A stretch of 64,000 nucleotides of DNA from positions 905-64,904 of the forward strand of contig JAUYDS010000079.1 in assembly GCA_030691735.1 (NCBI GenBank), written 5' to 3'. This DNA comes from Candidatus Aminicenantes bacterium (GTDB taxonomy: Bacteria; Acidobacteriota; Aminicenantia; Aminicenantales; UBA4085). The position numbers were made by a program, and so were the translations under genes. The stretch's first letter is position 1, and every line of letters begins with the position of its first letter. The notes under the pieces are model-generated. The model made no database searches. It was not told where the DNA came from and was given only the letters and a program-made list of their open reading frames with translations. Below, piece by piece: positions 30,417-39,635 of this stretch.

Positions 30417-31606
30417 GATTTATCCTCCGCTCGATCGGATTCGGGCTTGGCCACGGGCCGCCGCCGCCACCAGCCGGCCAGCAGGGAGCCGGACACGTTC
30501 ATCCACGGACCGAAGATGGCCGGAGCGAGGGCCGCGCTCGTGCTCTTGAGGACGTCGATGGCGATGCCCGAAGCCATCCCTCCGTTCTGCATCCCGACCT
30601 CCATGGCCACGGCCCGGCAGGCGGACTCGTCCAGACGAGCCAGGCGCGCGCCCCAATAGCCGAGGCCATAGCCGGCGCCGTTGTGGAGGACCGCTGCCAG
30701 GACGAGCAGCGGACCGACGGTCAGAAGCTGGTCGCGGGATTGGGCGGTGATGACGGCGATAATGAGGCAGATGGCGGCCATGGAGATGAGGGGCAGGGCT
30801 CTGTCCATCCAGCGTTCGGGCCCTTTGAGCCAGACGGTGATGATCAATTTGGCTAGGATCGTCACACCGAGCAAGAAGAAGCCGAGGGCGAGCCCGCCTT
30901 TGAGGACGACCAAAGCGCCCCAGAATCGCGCCGGAATCTGAAGGACGCCCGCGGCGAGCGTCAGGAATGATACGCCGGTCAGCGCCCAGATCGCTTTTCG
31001 CTCCCCCCACGGCTTGGGGCTATAGAGGAGGGCGTGGGCGATCAACCCGGCGAAGATGGGGATGATGATCATGTTGAAGATCGACAGCATCATGGCCGAT
31101 AAATCTACGGGGACGAGCCGCCCGGCCAGAGTCTTCATCCAGAAGGGCGTGACGAACGGCGAGAGCAGCGTCGTGGCCGAGGTGATCGTCACCGAGAGCG
31201 GCACGTTGCCGCCGGCCAGATAGGTCATGACGTTGGAGGCCACGCCGCTCGAAACCGAACCGATGAGGATGATGCCCGCGGCCACTTCGGGCGGGAAGCC
31301 GAAGGTCATGGCGATGCCGTAGCCGACGAAAGGCATGATCGTGAACTGCAGCCCGACGCCGATCAGAACCGGCCAGGGCATAGCCAGAACGTTCTTGAAA
31401 TCCCGGGCGCTGAGGGTCGTGCCGACGCCGAAGGTGATGATCTGGATGAGGGGGACGATGAGGACCTTCAGGTCAGTCCCGAACCAATTGCGGAAGGCCG
31501 CCGGATAGAGCATCGAAGCGGCGACGAAGACGAGAACCCAAAGAGTGAAATTGTATTTCTTATACAGCCGCCGGAAACGGCCTCCCTGCGACATGCCGGA
31601 ATTCAT
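30413..31606 (-). CDS. Bile acid:sodium symporter (BASS) family transporter
   Basis: The product has about 10 TM helices and the BASS signature IGSVSSGVASNVMTYLAGGNVPLS. Confidence 0.6.
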   Translation of the reverse strand: MNSGMSQGGRFRRLYKKYNFTLWVLVFVAASMLYPAAFRNWFGTDLKVLIVPLIQIITFGVGTTLSARDFKNVLAMPWPVLIGVGLQFTIMPFVGYGIAMTFGFPPEVAAGIILIGSVSSGVASNVMTYLAGGNVPLSVTITSATTLLSPFVTPFWMKTLAGRLVPVDLSAMMLSIFNMIIIPIFAGLIAHALLYSPKPWGERKAIWALTGVSFLTLAAGVLQIPARFWGALVVLKGGLALGFFLLGVTILAKLIITVWLKGPERWMDRALPLISMAAICLIIAVITAQSRDQLLTVGPLLVLAAVLHNGAGYGLGYWGARLARLDESACRAVAMEVGMQNGGMASGIAIDVLKSTSAALAPAIFGPWMNVSGSLLAGWWRRRPVAKPESDRAEDKS

Positions 31607-32700
31607 ATCTTATAAAGCTCCGCCATCCGCTGGTTGGGTTTGTACTTCATGATGCATTCCTCGAGAGGCGTGCCGAGCAATTGGATCTTGCCGTAGTCGC
31701 CCTGGCCCATGCCGGCCTCGGCCATGGCCGTCAGGTAATTGACGGTCCGGGGATCGAAGCCCATGACCCGGGTCGCGGTGATGTCCGTCGCCACGGCGTC
31801 CCGGCCGGCCAGGGCCACATGCGAGGCGATGGGCGAGCCCCAGGCCGGGCCGTTGCCCTCGATGCCGACGAAACCGTCGATGACGGCCAGGTCGGGGAAA
31901 ACCTCCTGGCCGATGTGGAACATGTTGTAATGGAGAAGGTCGTGGCGGGCCGGCGCCGCCTGGTGCATCAGGCCCTTGTCGTTTGTCTTGTAATCGTTGA
32001 GCGGCGAAGCCATGATCACGTTCTTGATCGAGAGGGTGACGAAGACGTAATTGTGCGTCTTCATCCGGGCCACGGAGATAACGTAGAGGTCCGGGTCGAG
32101 GAGCGTTTGGATGATGCGGATCCGCGACGGCTGATTGTTCAGGCCGAGGACGTAGCGATGCTGGAACGCGTCCAGGTTGAGGTCCATGATCCTGGAGTTG
32201 TATTCCTTCTCCAGCCGGAGATACCCGTTGTAGCGGAACCCCTCCATGGTGTTCTGGACGCTCGATTCGCCGATCAGAATTTGGCTTTTGACATGCGGCG
32301 CCAGAAAGTCGAGGACGGCCCGGATGGCATCCACGTGGGTAACGCAGGCGGCGCAGTCGGCCAGGACGATATTCGGCTTGATCAGGATTTTCTTGTTGCC
32401 GATCGAGCTCAGGACCTCGTCCTCGATCAGCTTGAGCGAGCGGAAGACGATGTCGTAGCGGTCGCTGCCCTTGACCAGAGCCACGCGCGCGGGCGGGGCG
32501 GCCCGGCCGAGTTGGGTGACGGGAAAATGGATCTGCCCATAGGGGTCGTCGTGGCGAAGCGCGGCCGATGCGCCCGGAACGAACAGGCGCGTCCCGCCCA
32601 AGGCCGCCGCGCCGGCGGCCCAGCCGACCCGCTTGAGGAAATCCCGCCGCTGAAGGCCGTGCGTGTCCGGCATGGTCGATTCCTTTTTTTCACGGTTCAT
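31603..32700 (-). CDS. DUF362 domain protein with a Tat signal peptide
   Basis: The N-terminus has RRDFLKRVGWAAGAAALG. The core has KILIKPNIV, typical of DUF362. Confidence 0.55.
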   Translation of the reverse strand: MNREKKESTMPDTHGLQRRDFLKRVGWAAGAAALGGTRLFVPGASAALRHDDPYGQIHFPVTQLGRAAPPARVALVKGSDRYDIVFRSLKLIEDEVLSSIGNKKILIKPNIVLADCAACVTHVDAIRAVLDFLAPHVKSQILIGESSVQNTMEGFRYNGYLRLEKEYNSRIMDLNLDAFQHRYVLGLNNQPSRIRIIQTLLDPDLYVISVARMKTHNYVFVTLSIKNVIMASPLNDYKTNDKGLMHQAAPARHDLLHYNMFHIGQEVFPDLAVIDGFVGIEGNGPAWGSPIASHVALAGRDAVATDITATRVMGFDPRTVNYLTAMAEAGMGQGDYGKIQLLGTPLEECIMKYKPNQRMAELYKI

Positions 32701-34613
32701 TTCGGGCCGTATGTCAGCCCCTTAACGTTCGTCTTGATCCTGTAGATCTTGTCGTAGCTCATCATGAAAAGCGTCTTCATGTCGTCGCCGCCGAAGCAGC
32801 AGCTCACCGGATACGTAGGCGAGTTGATGATCCCTAAAAATTCGCCATTCGGATTGAAGACCTGAACGCCCATATAAGTGGCCACATAAATTCCGCCGTT
32901 CTCGTCGATCGTCATCCCGTCGGCGCCGCTCGACCTCCCCTTCCGTTCGACGACCTCGGGGATGAGGGCGAGTTGGGTGAACTTCCTTGGGTTCTTGACC
33001 GTGCCGTCGTCGTTGACGTCATAAGCCCAGACCCAGTTGTCCTTGTCGCTGTCGACGTTCCAGAACGACTCGTTGTCGTAGGTGTTGTTGACGTAAAGCG
33101 TCTTACCGTCGGGGCTGAGGAGGATCCCGTTGGGCATGGCGAAATCGTTGGGCGGGATGACTCGGACGAGCTTGCCTCGAGGATGGAGATAGAAGACCGA
33201 ACGGCCTGGTTGGAACTTCTTGGCCTCGGCCGTGAATTGCGGATCGGTGAAATAGATCCCGCCCTTGGCGTCCGCGACCAGGTCGTTGGGGCCGTCAATG
33301 GGCTTGCCCTCGAACGTCGAAGCCAGCGTCCTCACGATCCGTCCCTTCGTCGTCATTTCGATGACCCGGTGCCCGAACATATCGCAAACGGCGAGATTCC
33401 CGTCGGCGAGCGGCATGAGACCGTTGGTCTGGAGGCCCCTGGCGATATACCTATACGTTCCGTCCGGATCGACCTCGACCGTGGCGCTGCGCTTGGGATC
33501 GCCGGTCCATTTCTGGTCGAAATACATGCTGGAAAGATAGAGCTTTTCCTTAAGCCATTTCGGTCCTTCGGTGAAGGTCAGGCCCGGTCCCGTCTTGGCC
33601 CCGTCCACGAAAAGCTCAACTCTGGCGTCGGCCGGGATGACGGCCCCGAAGGCGGCTTCGCGGTCATTCTTTTTAGCCATGTAATCCGGCCGCGGCGGGA
33701 AGAACACGTCGAGGACGTCGCATCCGCGGTCGCCGACCTTGCCGCCGTGGACCATCGTCCCCGGCAGGTACAGAAGGTCGCCTGTCTTCATGGCCGCCGT
33801 GCCGTCCAGGATGAGCTCGTCCATTCCGCCGCGCATGACGCACATAAGCTGTTCCTCAGGATGGAGGTGCGAGGGGAACTCCATGCCCGGGTCCATTCGA
33901 AGGAAGCTCAGCTGGGCGCCGTGTCCCCCGATGAGGCGGGAATTGGCCCCGGGCTGCAGCTCGGTGAATTGAACGTCGTTGAGGTCAAAGATCGTTCCCG
34001 GCGGGACGGTGGGAGCGACCGGGAATGTCGGCACGAGGAGATCCGTCGGAACGTCCTTGACGCCCGCTTTTGCTAAATAATCGGACCGCGGCGGCCAATA
34101 GACCTCGACGACCTCCGCTCCGCCGGCGCCGGCCTGAACGGCGTTCTCCACGCCTTTTTTCAGTAGGAGAAAATCGTTTTTGGGCGTCCGGCCGTGCGTC
34201 CCATCGGGTTCGTCACGCGGAACGGCCCGCATCGTGACGTATCCCCCGTCGAGCCACTGCCCGATCTCGCCTTTCATGACGACTATGAGGCGCTCGGCGG
34301 GAAGCGTTTCCTTGGGGATCGTCGCGCCCGGAGCGAAGGCCAGCCAGGCCACGAGGTTGCCCTTGCCCCAATAAATCCGGGCCTTGACCCCAGGTGCCAG
34401 TTCGGTCTCGGGGAGCGAGTTGATCGCCGTTACGACGCCGTCGGTCAGGTTTGATTTCAGTTTTATATTTGGGATGTCGTCTCGCGTTCGGACGGTCAGC
34501 TTGTTGTCGGCGATGAGCTTGTCGTTCTTTGCGGCCCACTCCGGCTTCCGGGCGCAGGCCGCCAGAACGGACAAGGCGATGAGAGCGAAGAAGATCAACC
34601 GCGATTTTCTCAT
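32697..34613 (-). CDS. Lipoprotein with two cupin domains fused to an SMP-30/gluconolactonase/LRE-like beta-propeller
   Basis: A lipobox LAAC and the cupin motif HLHPEEQLMCVMRGG are present. The C-terminus has SMP-30-like blades (GPNDLVADAKGGIYFTDP). Confidence 0.6.
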   Translation of the reverse strand: MRKSRLIFFALIALSVLAACARKPEWAAKNDKLIADNKLTVRTRDDIPNIKLKSNLTDGVVTAINSLPETELAPGVKARIYWGKGNLVAWLAFAPGATIPKETLPAERLIVVMKGEIGQWLDGGYVTMRAVPRDEPDGTHGRTPKNDFLLLKKGVENAVQAGAGGAEVVEVYWPPRSDYLAKAGVKDVPTDLLVPTFPVAPTVPPGTIFDLNDVQFTELQPGANSRLIGGHGAQLSFLRMDPGMEFPSHLHPEEQLMCVMRGGMDELILDGTAAMKTGDLLYLPGTMVHGGKVGDRGCDVLDVFFPPRPDYMAKKNDREAAFGAVIPADARVELFVDGAKTGPGLTFTEGPKWLKEKLYLSSMYFDQKWTGDPKRSATVEVDPDGTYRYIARGLQTNGLMPLADGNLAVCDMFGHRVIEMTTKGRIVRTLASTFEGKPIDGPNDLVADAKGGIYFTDPQFTAEAKKFQPGRSVFYLHPRGKLVRVIPPNDFAMPNGILLSPDGKTLYVNNTYDNESFWNVDSDKDNWVWAYDVNDDGTVKNPRKFTQLALIPEVVERKGRSSGADGMTIDENGGIYVATYMGVQVFNPNGEFLGIINSPTYPVSCCFGGDDMKTLFMMSYDKIYRIKTNVKGLTYGPK

Positions 34614-34625
34614 GGCATCCTTTCC

Positions 34626-35534
34626 CTATTTCGTTTTTTCGTTGTCGTGGCGGTTTCCCATGTACAGCCACAACATGGGTTCGTCCGTGGCATTGATGGA
34701 GCTGTGGGGAACCTTTTTGTTCGGCGGAATGAGAAAGGCCTCGCCCGGCTCCTGCCGGAACAGCCGGTTGCCGAACAGGAGCAGGCTCGTGCCCTTGAGC
34801 TGGCACCAGATCTCCTCGCAGCCCGGGCCGTGGAAATGGGGCTGGGCGATATCGAAGTTATCGATCGAGACAACGGCGAAGCCCATGGGATTGGCGAACT
34901 TGGGCGGCGTGTCCCAGGTCAGTCCGCGCCCGATGTGGGCCCAGTGCATCCCAACGCTCGGAACGGAGCTGTGATATTCGCCGACCGACATTTTCCGGTT
35001 CGGGACGAAGCCGGGCGGCACGGTTTCGACGACCATGATCGTTTCCAGGTCGCTCTCCCTCTGATTGAAGAATCTGTAGGAGAGCCCGGCGGGAAGAAAA
35101 ACGGCCCAACCCTCTTCGATTTTGGCCGATTGCCCCCCGGCCTCGACCTGGCCGCCGCCGCCACAGACATAGACGAAAACCTGTTCGCCGTCGTTCTTGA
35201 ACGGCTGGGTATTGCAGCGCGGTTCAAGGGCGGCCCTCTTGTAGGCCTTGATGTATTTGAGCACGGCCCCTTTCTTCGGCGGGCGAAGCGGGTCGCCCGG
35301 GGTCAGGATGTCACGCTCGATGAAGCCGCCGTGCCCTTCGTAAGGGATCGAATTCCGCCAATGATTGATGTAAAGGAAGACGTCGGTGTCGACGTCCGGG
35401 TGGCGCCGGTTGGAGAGGGCGTCCTCGGCGAAGGACGGATCGGGCTCCACCGTGATCTTGGTCTGGACCTGGCCGAAAACGAGCGTCAGTGCGGCCAAGG
35501 CTGCTCCCGCTAAAATCGGAACGATCTTTTTCAT
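34626..35534 (-). CDS. Secreted bicupin domain protein
   Basis: A signal peptide and two cupin barrels (FVYVCGGGGQ..., PHFHGPGCEEIWCQLKG) are present. It is the first gene of a five-gene operon. Confidence 0.55.
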   Translation of the reverse strand: MKKIVPILAGAALAALTLVFGQVQTKITVEPDPSFAEDALSNRRHPDVDTDVFLYINHWRNSIPYEGHGGFIERDILTPGDPLRPPKKGAVLKYIKAYKRAALEPRCNTQPFKNDGEQVFVYVCGGGGQVEAGGQSAKIEEGWAVFLPAGLSYRFFNQRESDLETIMVVETVPPGFVPNRKMSVGEYHSSVPSVGMHWAHIGRGLTWDTPPKFANPMGFAVVSIDNFDIAQPHFHGPGCEEIWCQLKGTSLLLFGNRLFRQEPGEAFLIPPNKKVPHSSINATDEPMLWLYMGNRHDNEKTK

Positions 35535-35589
35535 GGCAACTCCTCGGGCCGGGGGATACCCCCGGTCCTTTTATATCAATTATCACAAG

Positions 35590-36200
35590 AGAAAAAAGGA
35601 AGTCAATGACCCCGCGGCAAGCCGCGGGGCATCAAGAGCGCAGCTTCAAAGCCAGCTGCGCAGGCCCGTGCTCCAATTCCCGGTGGCTAATGATATATTT
35701 TCGTATCACATCACTCGTCATCCGGTCTCCGACCGTCCTGGCAAAATAGCCGTCCTCCCATAGCTCCCCGCCCCAGAGTCTCTTCTTCAGTCCCGGGTAC
35801 TCGCGAAACAGCCCCCGCCCACCCAGACTCTTTATAATTCGGACCGCCTCCCCAATCGACCGCGATGGCGGGATCGATACCAGCAGATGAATGTGATCCT
35901 CCATGAGCTCCATCTCTTCAATCTCGATATCGTAGGCTTCGCATATCTCACCGATCATCTGTTTCGCTCGTTCCCGGACATCTTCCCGCTCAAAGATCTT
36001 CTTTCGATACTTGGGGCACCAGACCAGATGGTAGGACGTGTCGTAGACCGAATGACTCGTTCGTCGGAGCGTCACCCCTGTAATTTATCATACCCCCGAG
36101 CACGGGCCTAGCTGGATAAGGGGGACTTTCCGGTCCCCCTTATAACCCCCTCGGAACAGCATTCTTCCCCGCGGCAAGCCGCGGGGCATGCTGCAAAGGG
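35590..36200 (-). mobile_element. IS200/IS605-family insertion sequence (tnpA only), apparently intact
   Basis: The tnpA ORF is flanked on both sides by the same subterminal hairpin CCCCGCGGCAAGCCGCGGGGCAT (at about 35606 and about 36165). No tnpB is present. Confidence 0.85.
35632..36075 (-). CDS. tnpA: IS200/IS605 Y1 (HUH) transposase TnpA, GTG start
   Basis: The 147-aa product has the HuH motif EDHIHLLVSIPP and a Tyr-containing C-terminus. It is typical of IS200 TnpA. Confidence 0.9.
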   Translation of the reverse strand: MTLRRTSHSVYDTSYHLVWCPKYRKKIFEREDVRERAKQMIGEICEAYDIEIEEMELMEDHIHLLVSIPPSRSIGEAVRIIKSLGGRGLFREYPGLKKRLWGGELWEDGYFARTVGDRMTSDVIRKYIISHRELEHGPAQLALKLRS

Positions 36201-36243
36201 GTTCGTCAAGGGCCTTTTGGGGGAACTCCTCATTCCTCTTCTT

Positions 36244-36272
36244 GTTGACAGAGGAAAATCTGGTCCCTATAA
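36244..36272 (+). promoter_or_regulatory. Consensus sigma70 promoter TTGACA-17 bp-TATAAT upstream of the thiolase operon
   Basis: TTGACA lies at 36244..36249 and TATAAT at 36267..36272, giving an exact 17-nt spacer. The ATG is at 36316 with an AAGGAGGA RBS. Confidence 0.6.
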
Positions 36273-36315
36273 TAACCTTGCTTTTTTGTTCTCAAAAGGA
36301 ATAAGGAGGAGATCC

Positions 36316-37497
36316 ATGAGCGGTATTGTCGTGGCCAGCGCTGTCCGAACGGCCGGGGGAAAGTTCGGCGGCGCGATTTCCAAAATCTCAGCTGTCGATC
36401 TCGGGGCTCACGTCTTGGCAAGAGCCGTCAGCCAGGCGGGGATCGATCCGGGGCAGGTCGATGAAGTCGTCTTCGGGACGGGATGGCAGGCCGGGATCGG
36501 GCCGAATGTCGGACGGCTGGCCGCTGTCCGGGGGAAGCTGCCCTACGAAATTCCCGCCTTCACCGTCAACAAACGCTGCGGGTCTTCTCTGAAGGCCTTG
36601 ACCTTAGCTGTTCAGATGATCAAGGCCGGAGACGTGGATGTCGTCCTCGCGGGCGGGGCTGAAAACAGCTCCCAGGTGCCCTACATCGCCGAAGGCGCCC
36701 GATGGGGGAACCGCATGGGCGACAGCAAGCTGATCGACCTCCTTCATCGGGACGGTTTCATGTGTCCTCTAGCCGGGCATCTGATGGGCAACACGGCGGA
36801 GACCCTCGCCGAGAAGTACGACATCGGCCGCCAGGAGCAGGATGCTTTCGCCGCGGAAAGCCAGGAAAAAGCGGTCCGGGCCATCCGCGAGGGCAAGTTC
36901 AAGGAGGAAATCGTTCCCTTTGAAGTCCCCGGGAGCCCGAGTCAGGCCGAGATGTTCGATACGGACGAGATTCCGCGTGAGGGAGTGACCGTCGAAAAAC
37001 TGGCCAAACTTCCTCCTGTCTTTAAGAAAGACGGGACCGTGACCGCGGGGAACAGCTGCGCCCTCTGCGACGCCGCGGCAGCGGTTCTCGTCATGAGCGA
37101 GGAGAAGGCCGCGCGGCTCAAGGTCAAGCCGCTTGCCCGAATCGTCTCCTATGCTCACGCGGGCGTCGATCCCAAGATCATGGGCATCGGCCCCGTGCCC
37201 GCGATCAGGAAAGCCCTGGAGCGGGCCGGACTCCGGCTCGACGACATCGACCTCATCGAGCTCAACGAGGCCTTCGCCGTCCAGGTCCTGGCCGTCGAAC
37301 GGGAACTCCGCTGGGACCGGTCCAAGGTCAACGTCCATGGCGGAGCCATCGCCCTCGGCCATCCTGTGGGCGCCACGGGAGCGAAGATCTTCACCACGCT
37401 GGTCCACGCCCTGAGGGGCGGGGAAAAGAAGCTGGGTTTGGTCGGCCTGTGCATCGGCGGGGGCCAGGGAATCGCCGTCGTGGTGGAAAGGCTGTAG
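36316..37497 (+). CDS. Acetyl-CoA C-acetyltransferase (thiolase)
   Basis: The N-terminus MSGIVVASAVRTAGGKFGG, the thiolase Cys (NKRCGSSL) and the C-terminus GLCIGGGQGIAVVVE are all present. Confidence 0.9.
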   Translation: MSGIVVASAVRTAGGKFGGAISKISAVDLGAHVLARAVSQAGIDPGQVDEVVFGTGWQAGIGPNVGRLAAVRGKLPYEIPAFTVNKRCGSSLKALTLAVQMIKAGDVDVVLAGGAENSSQVPYIAEGARWGNRMGDSKLIDLLHRDGFMCPLAGHLMGNTAETLAEKYDIGRQEQDAFAAESQEKAVRAIREGKFKEEIVPFEVPGSPSQAEMFDTDEIPREGVTVEKLAKLPPVFKKDGTVTAGNSCALCDAAAAVLVMSEEKAARLKVKPLARIVSYAHAGVDPKIMGIGPVPAIRKALERAGLRLDDIDLIELNEAFAVQVLAVERELRWDRSKVNVHGGAIALGHPVGATGAKIFTTLVHALRGGEKKLGLVGLCIGGGQGIAVVVERL

Positions 37498-37554
37498 CCT
37501 CTTTTTTCCCCAGGCGTGGTGAGTCGCCGTAAATCTCACCGAGGAGGAAGACCG

Positions 37555-38406
37555 ATGGACGTGAGAAAGCCTTTTGTGGTGGGAGCCGGAACGATGGGGG
37601 CGGGAATCGGGCAGCTCTGCGCCCAGCAGGGATTTTCCGTCACGATCGCCGACGTCACGGAAGAGCTCGTCGGGAACGCCAGGCAAAAAATCATTCGCGG
37701 CTTCGACCAGCGAATCGAAAAAGGAAAGGTCACTGCCGAGGAGAAGGAGGCCGTCCTGGCGAGGATGAGCTGGGCCACGGATCTGGGCGCGGCCAGGGAG
37801 AGCGATTTCGTGATCGAGGCCGCCTCCGAGAACCTGGAGCTGAAAAAAAAGCTCTTTCGCGAGCTGGACGGAATCTGTCCGCCGGAGACGGTCCTGACGA
37901 CAAATACGACCGCCCTGTCGATCAGCGAAATCGCCTCCGCCACCCGGCGGCCGGAGAAGGTCGTCGGGATGCATTTTTTCAACCCGGCCGTCGTCATGAA
38001 GCTGGTCGAGATCATCCGCGGCAGCCGGAGTTCGGAGGCCACCATCGCCGCGGCCAGGCAATTCGCCGAAAAGCTGGGAAGGATTCCCATCGTCACCGCC
38101 AAGGAAGCCCCGGCCGGAATCGTCAGCCGGGTCCTGGCCGGACTGCTGAACGAGGCCGCGGCCGTCTATGAGGCCGGAATCGCGAGCGCCCAGGACATCG
38201 ACGAAGCCATGAAGCTCGGCGCCGGGCTTCCCATGGGGCCCTTGGCCCTGATGGACATGATCGGTCTCGACATCCATCTGGCCAAGATGGAGACGCTCCA
38301 CCAGAAGCTGGGGGACGACCGGTACAAAACGCCCGAAATAGTCCGGGAGATGGTCGCCCGGGGGAAATTGGGTCGGAAAACGGGAGAGGGTTTTTACAAA
38401 TACTGA
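37555..38406 (+). CDS. 3-hydroxyacyl-CoA (3-hydroxybutyryl-CoA) dehydrogenase
   Basis: The Rossmann motif VVGAGTMGAGIGQ and the 3HCDH C-terminal domain are present, with a GAGGAGGA RBS. Confidence 0.9.
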   Translation: MDVRKPFVVGAGTMGAGIGQLCAQQGFSVTIADVTEELVGNARQKIIRGFDQRIEKGKVTAEEKEAVLARMSWATDLGAARESDFVIEAASENLELKKKLFRELDGICPPETVLTTNTTALSISEIASATRRPEKVVGMHFFNPAVVMKLVEIIRGSRSSEATIAAARQFAEKLGRIPIVTAKEAPAGIVSRVLAGLLNEAAAVYEAGIASAQDIDEAMKLGAGLPMGPLALMDMIGLDIHLAKMETLHQKLGDDRYKTPEIVREMVARGKLGRKTGEGFYKY

Positions 38407-38443
38407 CGGTTTCCGGGCCGAGAGGGACGGAGAAGGAGGTCCG

Positions 38444-39598
38444 ATGGATTTTGAATTGAATGAAGACCAAAAAATGATCCAGGAGACCATCCGGAAGTTC
38501 GCTAAGGAACGAATCGCGCCCGTGGCCGCCGAAAACGACAAAAAGGCCCGATTTCCGATGGACCTTTTCCGGGAGTTGGCCGGGTTGGGTTTCATGGGCA
38601 CTCCCATCCCCGTGGAATATGGGGGCGCGGGATTTGACTATCTCAGCCATGCTTTGGTCGCCGAAGAAATCGGCCGGGTCGACTCCTCCCTGCGGGGGAC
38701 CTATTCGGTCCAGGTCTCTCTCGTCGAACTCCCCCTCTATCATTTCGGGACTGAGGACCAGAAAAAGAAGTATCTCCCGAAACTGACCAGCGGAGAATGG
38801 ATCGGCTGTTTTGGACTCACCGAGCCTGGCGCCGGAAGCGATCCGGTCGGGATGACGGCCACGGCCAAGGAGGAGGGCGGCCATTACATTTTAAACGGCC
38901 AGAAGACCTGGATCACCAACGCCGGGATCGCCGACCTGGCCATCGTTTATGCCAAAACCCAGCCCGACGCCGGGGCCCAGGGCATCACCGCCTTCCTCGT
39001 CGAGAGAGGGACCGAGGGGTATTCGACGCGGGACATCCACGACAAACTGGGACTTCGGGCGTCCAACACGGGCGAGATTTTTCTGGAGAACTGCCGCGTC
39101 CCCAAGGAGAACATCCTGGGGGAGAAAAACAAGGGGTTTAAAGTCGCCCTGAGCACTCTCGATTTCGGGCGGTTCACGGTCGCGGCGGGATGCGTGGGCC
39201 TGGCCCAAGGATGCCTCGACGCCTCCAAGGATTATGCCCGGACCAGGGTCCAGTTCGGCAAACCGATCGCCAGCTTCCAGCTCGTACAACAGATGATCGC
39301 CGACATGGTCGTAGACTGCGAGGCCGGGCGACTCCTGGTGTACCGCGTCGCCGACATGAAAAACAAGGGCTTGCCCAACACTCGGGAAACGTCCATCGCC
39401 AAATATTTCTGCAGCGAGATGGTCAACCGGGTCGCCTATAAGGCCATCCAAGTTCATGGAGGCTATGGCTTCTCTGGGGAGTACAACGTGGAGAGATTCT
39501 ACCGCGACGCCAGAATCAACACCCTCTACGAAGGGACCTCGCAGATCCAGCAGCTCATCATCGGCGCCTACGAGCTCGGAATCCGGGCCTTTGACTAA
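38444..39598 (+). CDS. Acyl-CoA dehydrogenase (short-chain/butyryl- or glutaryl-CoA dehydrogenase-like)
   Basis: The full ACAD fold is present, including the catalytic-base region YEGTSQIQQLIIG. Confidence 0.9.
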   Translation: MDFELNEDQKMIQETIRKFAKERIAPVAAENDKKARFPMDLFRELAGLGFMGTPIPVEYGGAGFDYLSHALVAEEIGRVDSSLRGTYSVQVSLVELPLYHFGTEDQKKKYLPKLTSGEWIGCFGLTEPGAGSDPVGMTATAKEEGGHYILNGQKTWITNAGIADLAIVYAKTQPDAGAQGITAFLVERGTEGYSTRDIHDKLGLRASNTGEIFLENCRVPKENILGEKNKGFKVALSTLDFGRFTVAAGCVGLAQGCLDASKDYARTRVQFGKPIASFQLVQQMIADMVVDCEAGRLLVYRVADMKNKGLPNTRETSIAKYFCSEMVNRVAYKAIQVHGGYGFSGEYNVERFYRDARINTLYEGTSQIQQLIIGAYELGIRAFD

Positions 39599-39635
39599 AA
39601 AGCCCGGCCGGGGCCGATAAGGAGAGAGGGGAACC

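Noticed and set aside
35548-35572. Hairpin CCGGGGGATACCCCCGG followed by TTTTAT, considered as a plus-strand intrinsic terminator
   Set aside because: No plus-strand gene ends upstream; the neighbour is a minus-strand gene start. It is more plausibly part of the IS200 end, a REP-like target site, or an insulator. It is mentioned within the IS200 finding instead.
36181-36215. Sequence GGGGTTCGTCAAGGGCCTTTTGGGGG next to the IS200 right end, resembling the first 10 nt (GTCAAGGGAC) of the mini-element
   Set aside because: Only about 9 nt match and the core hairpin and tail are absent. It is most likely chance similarity.
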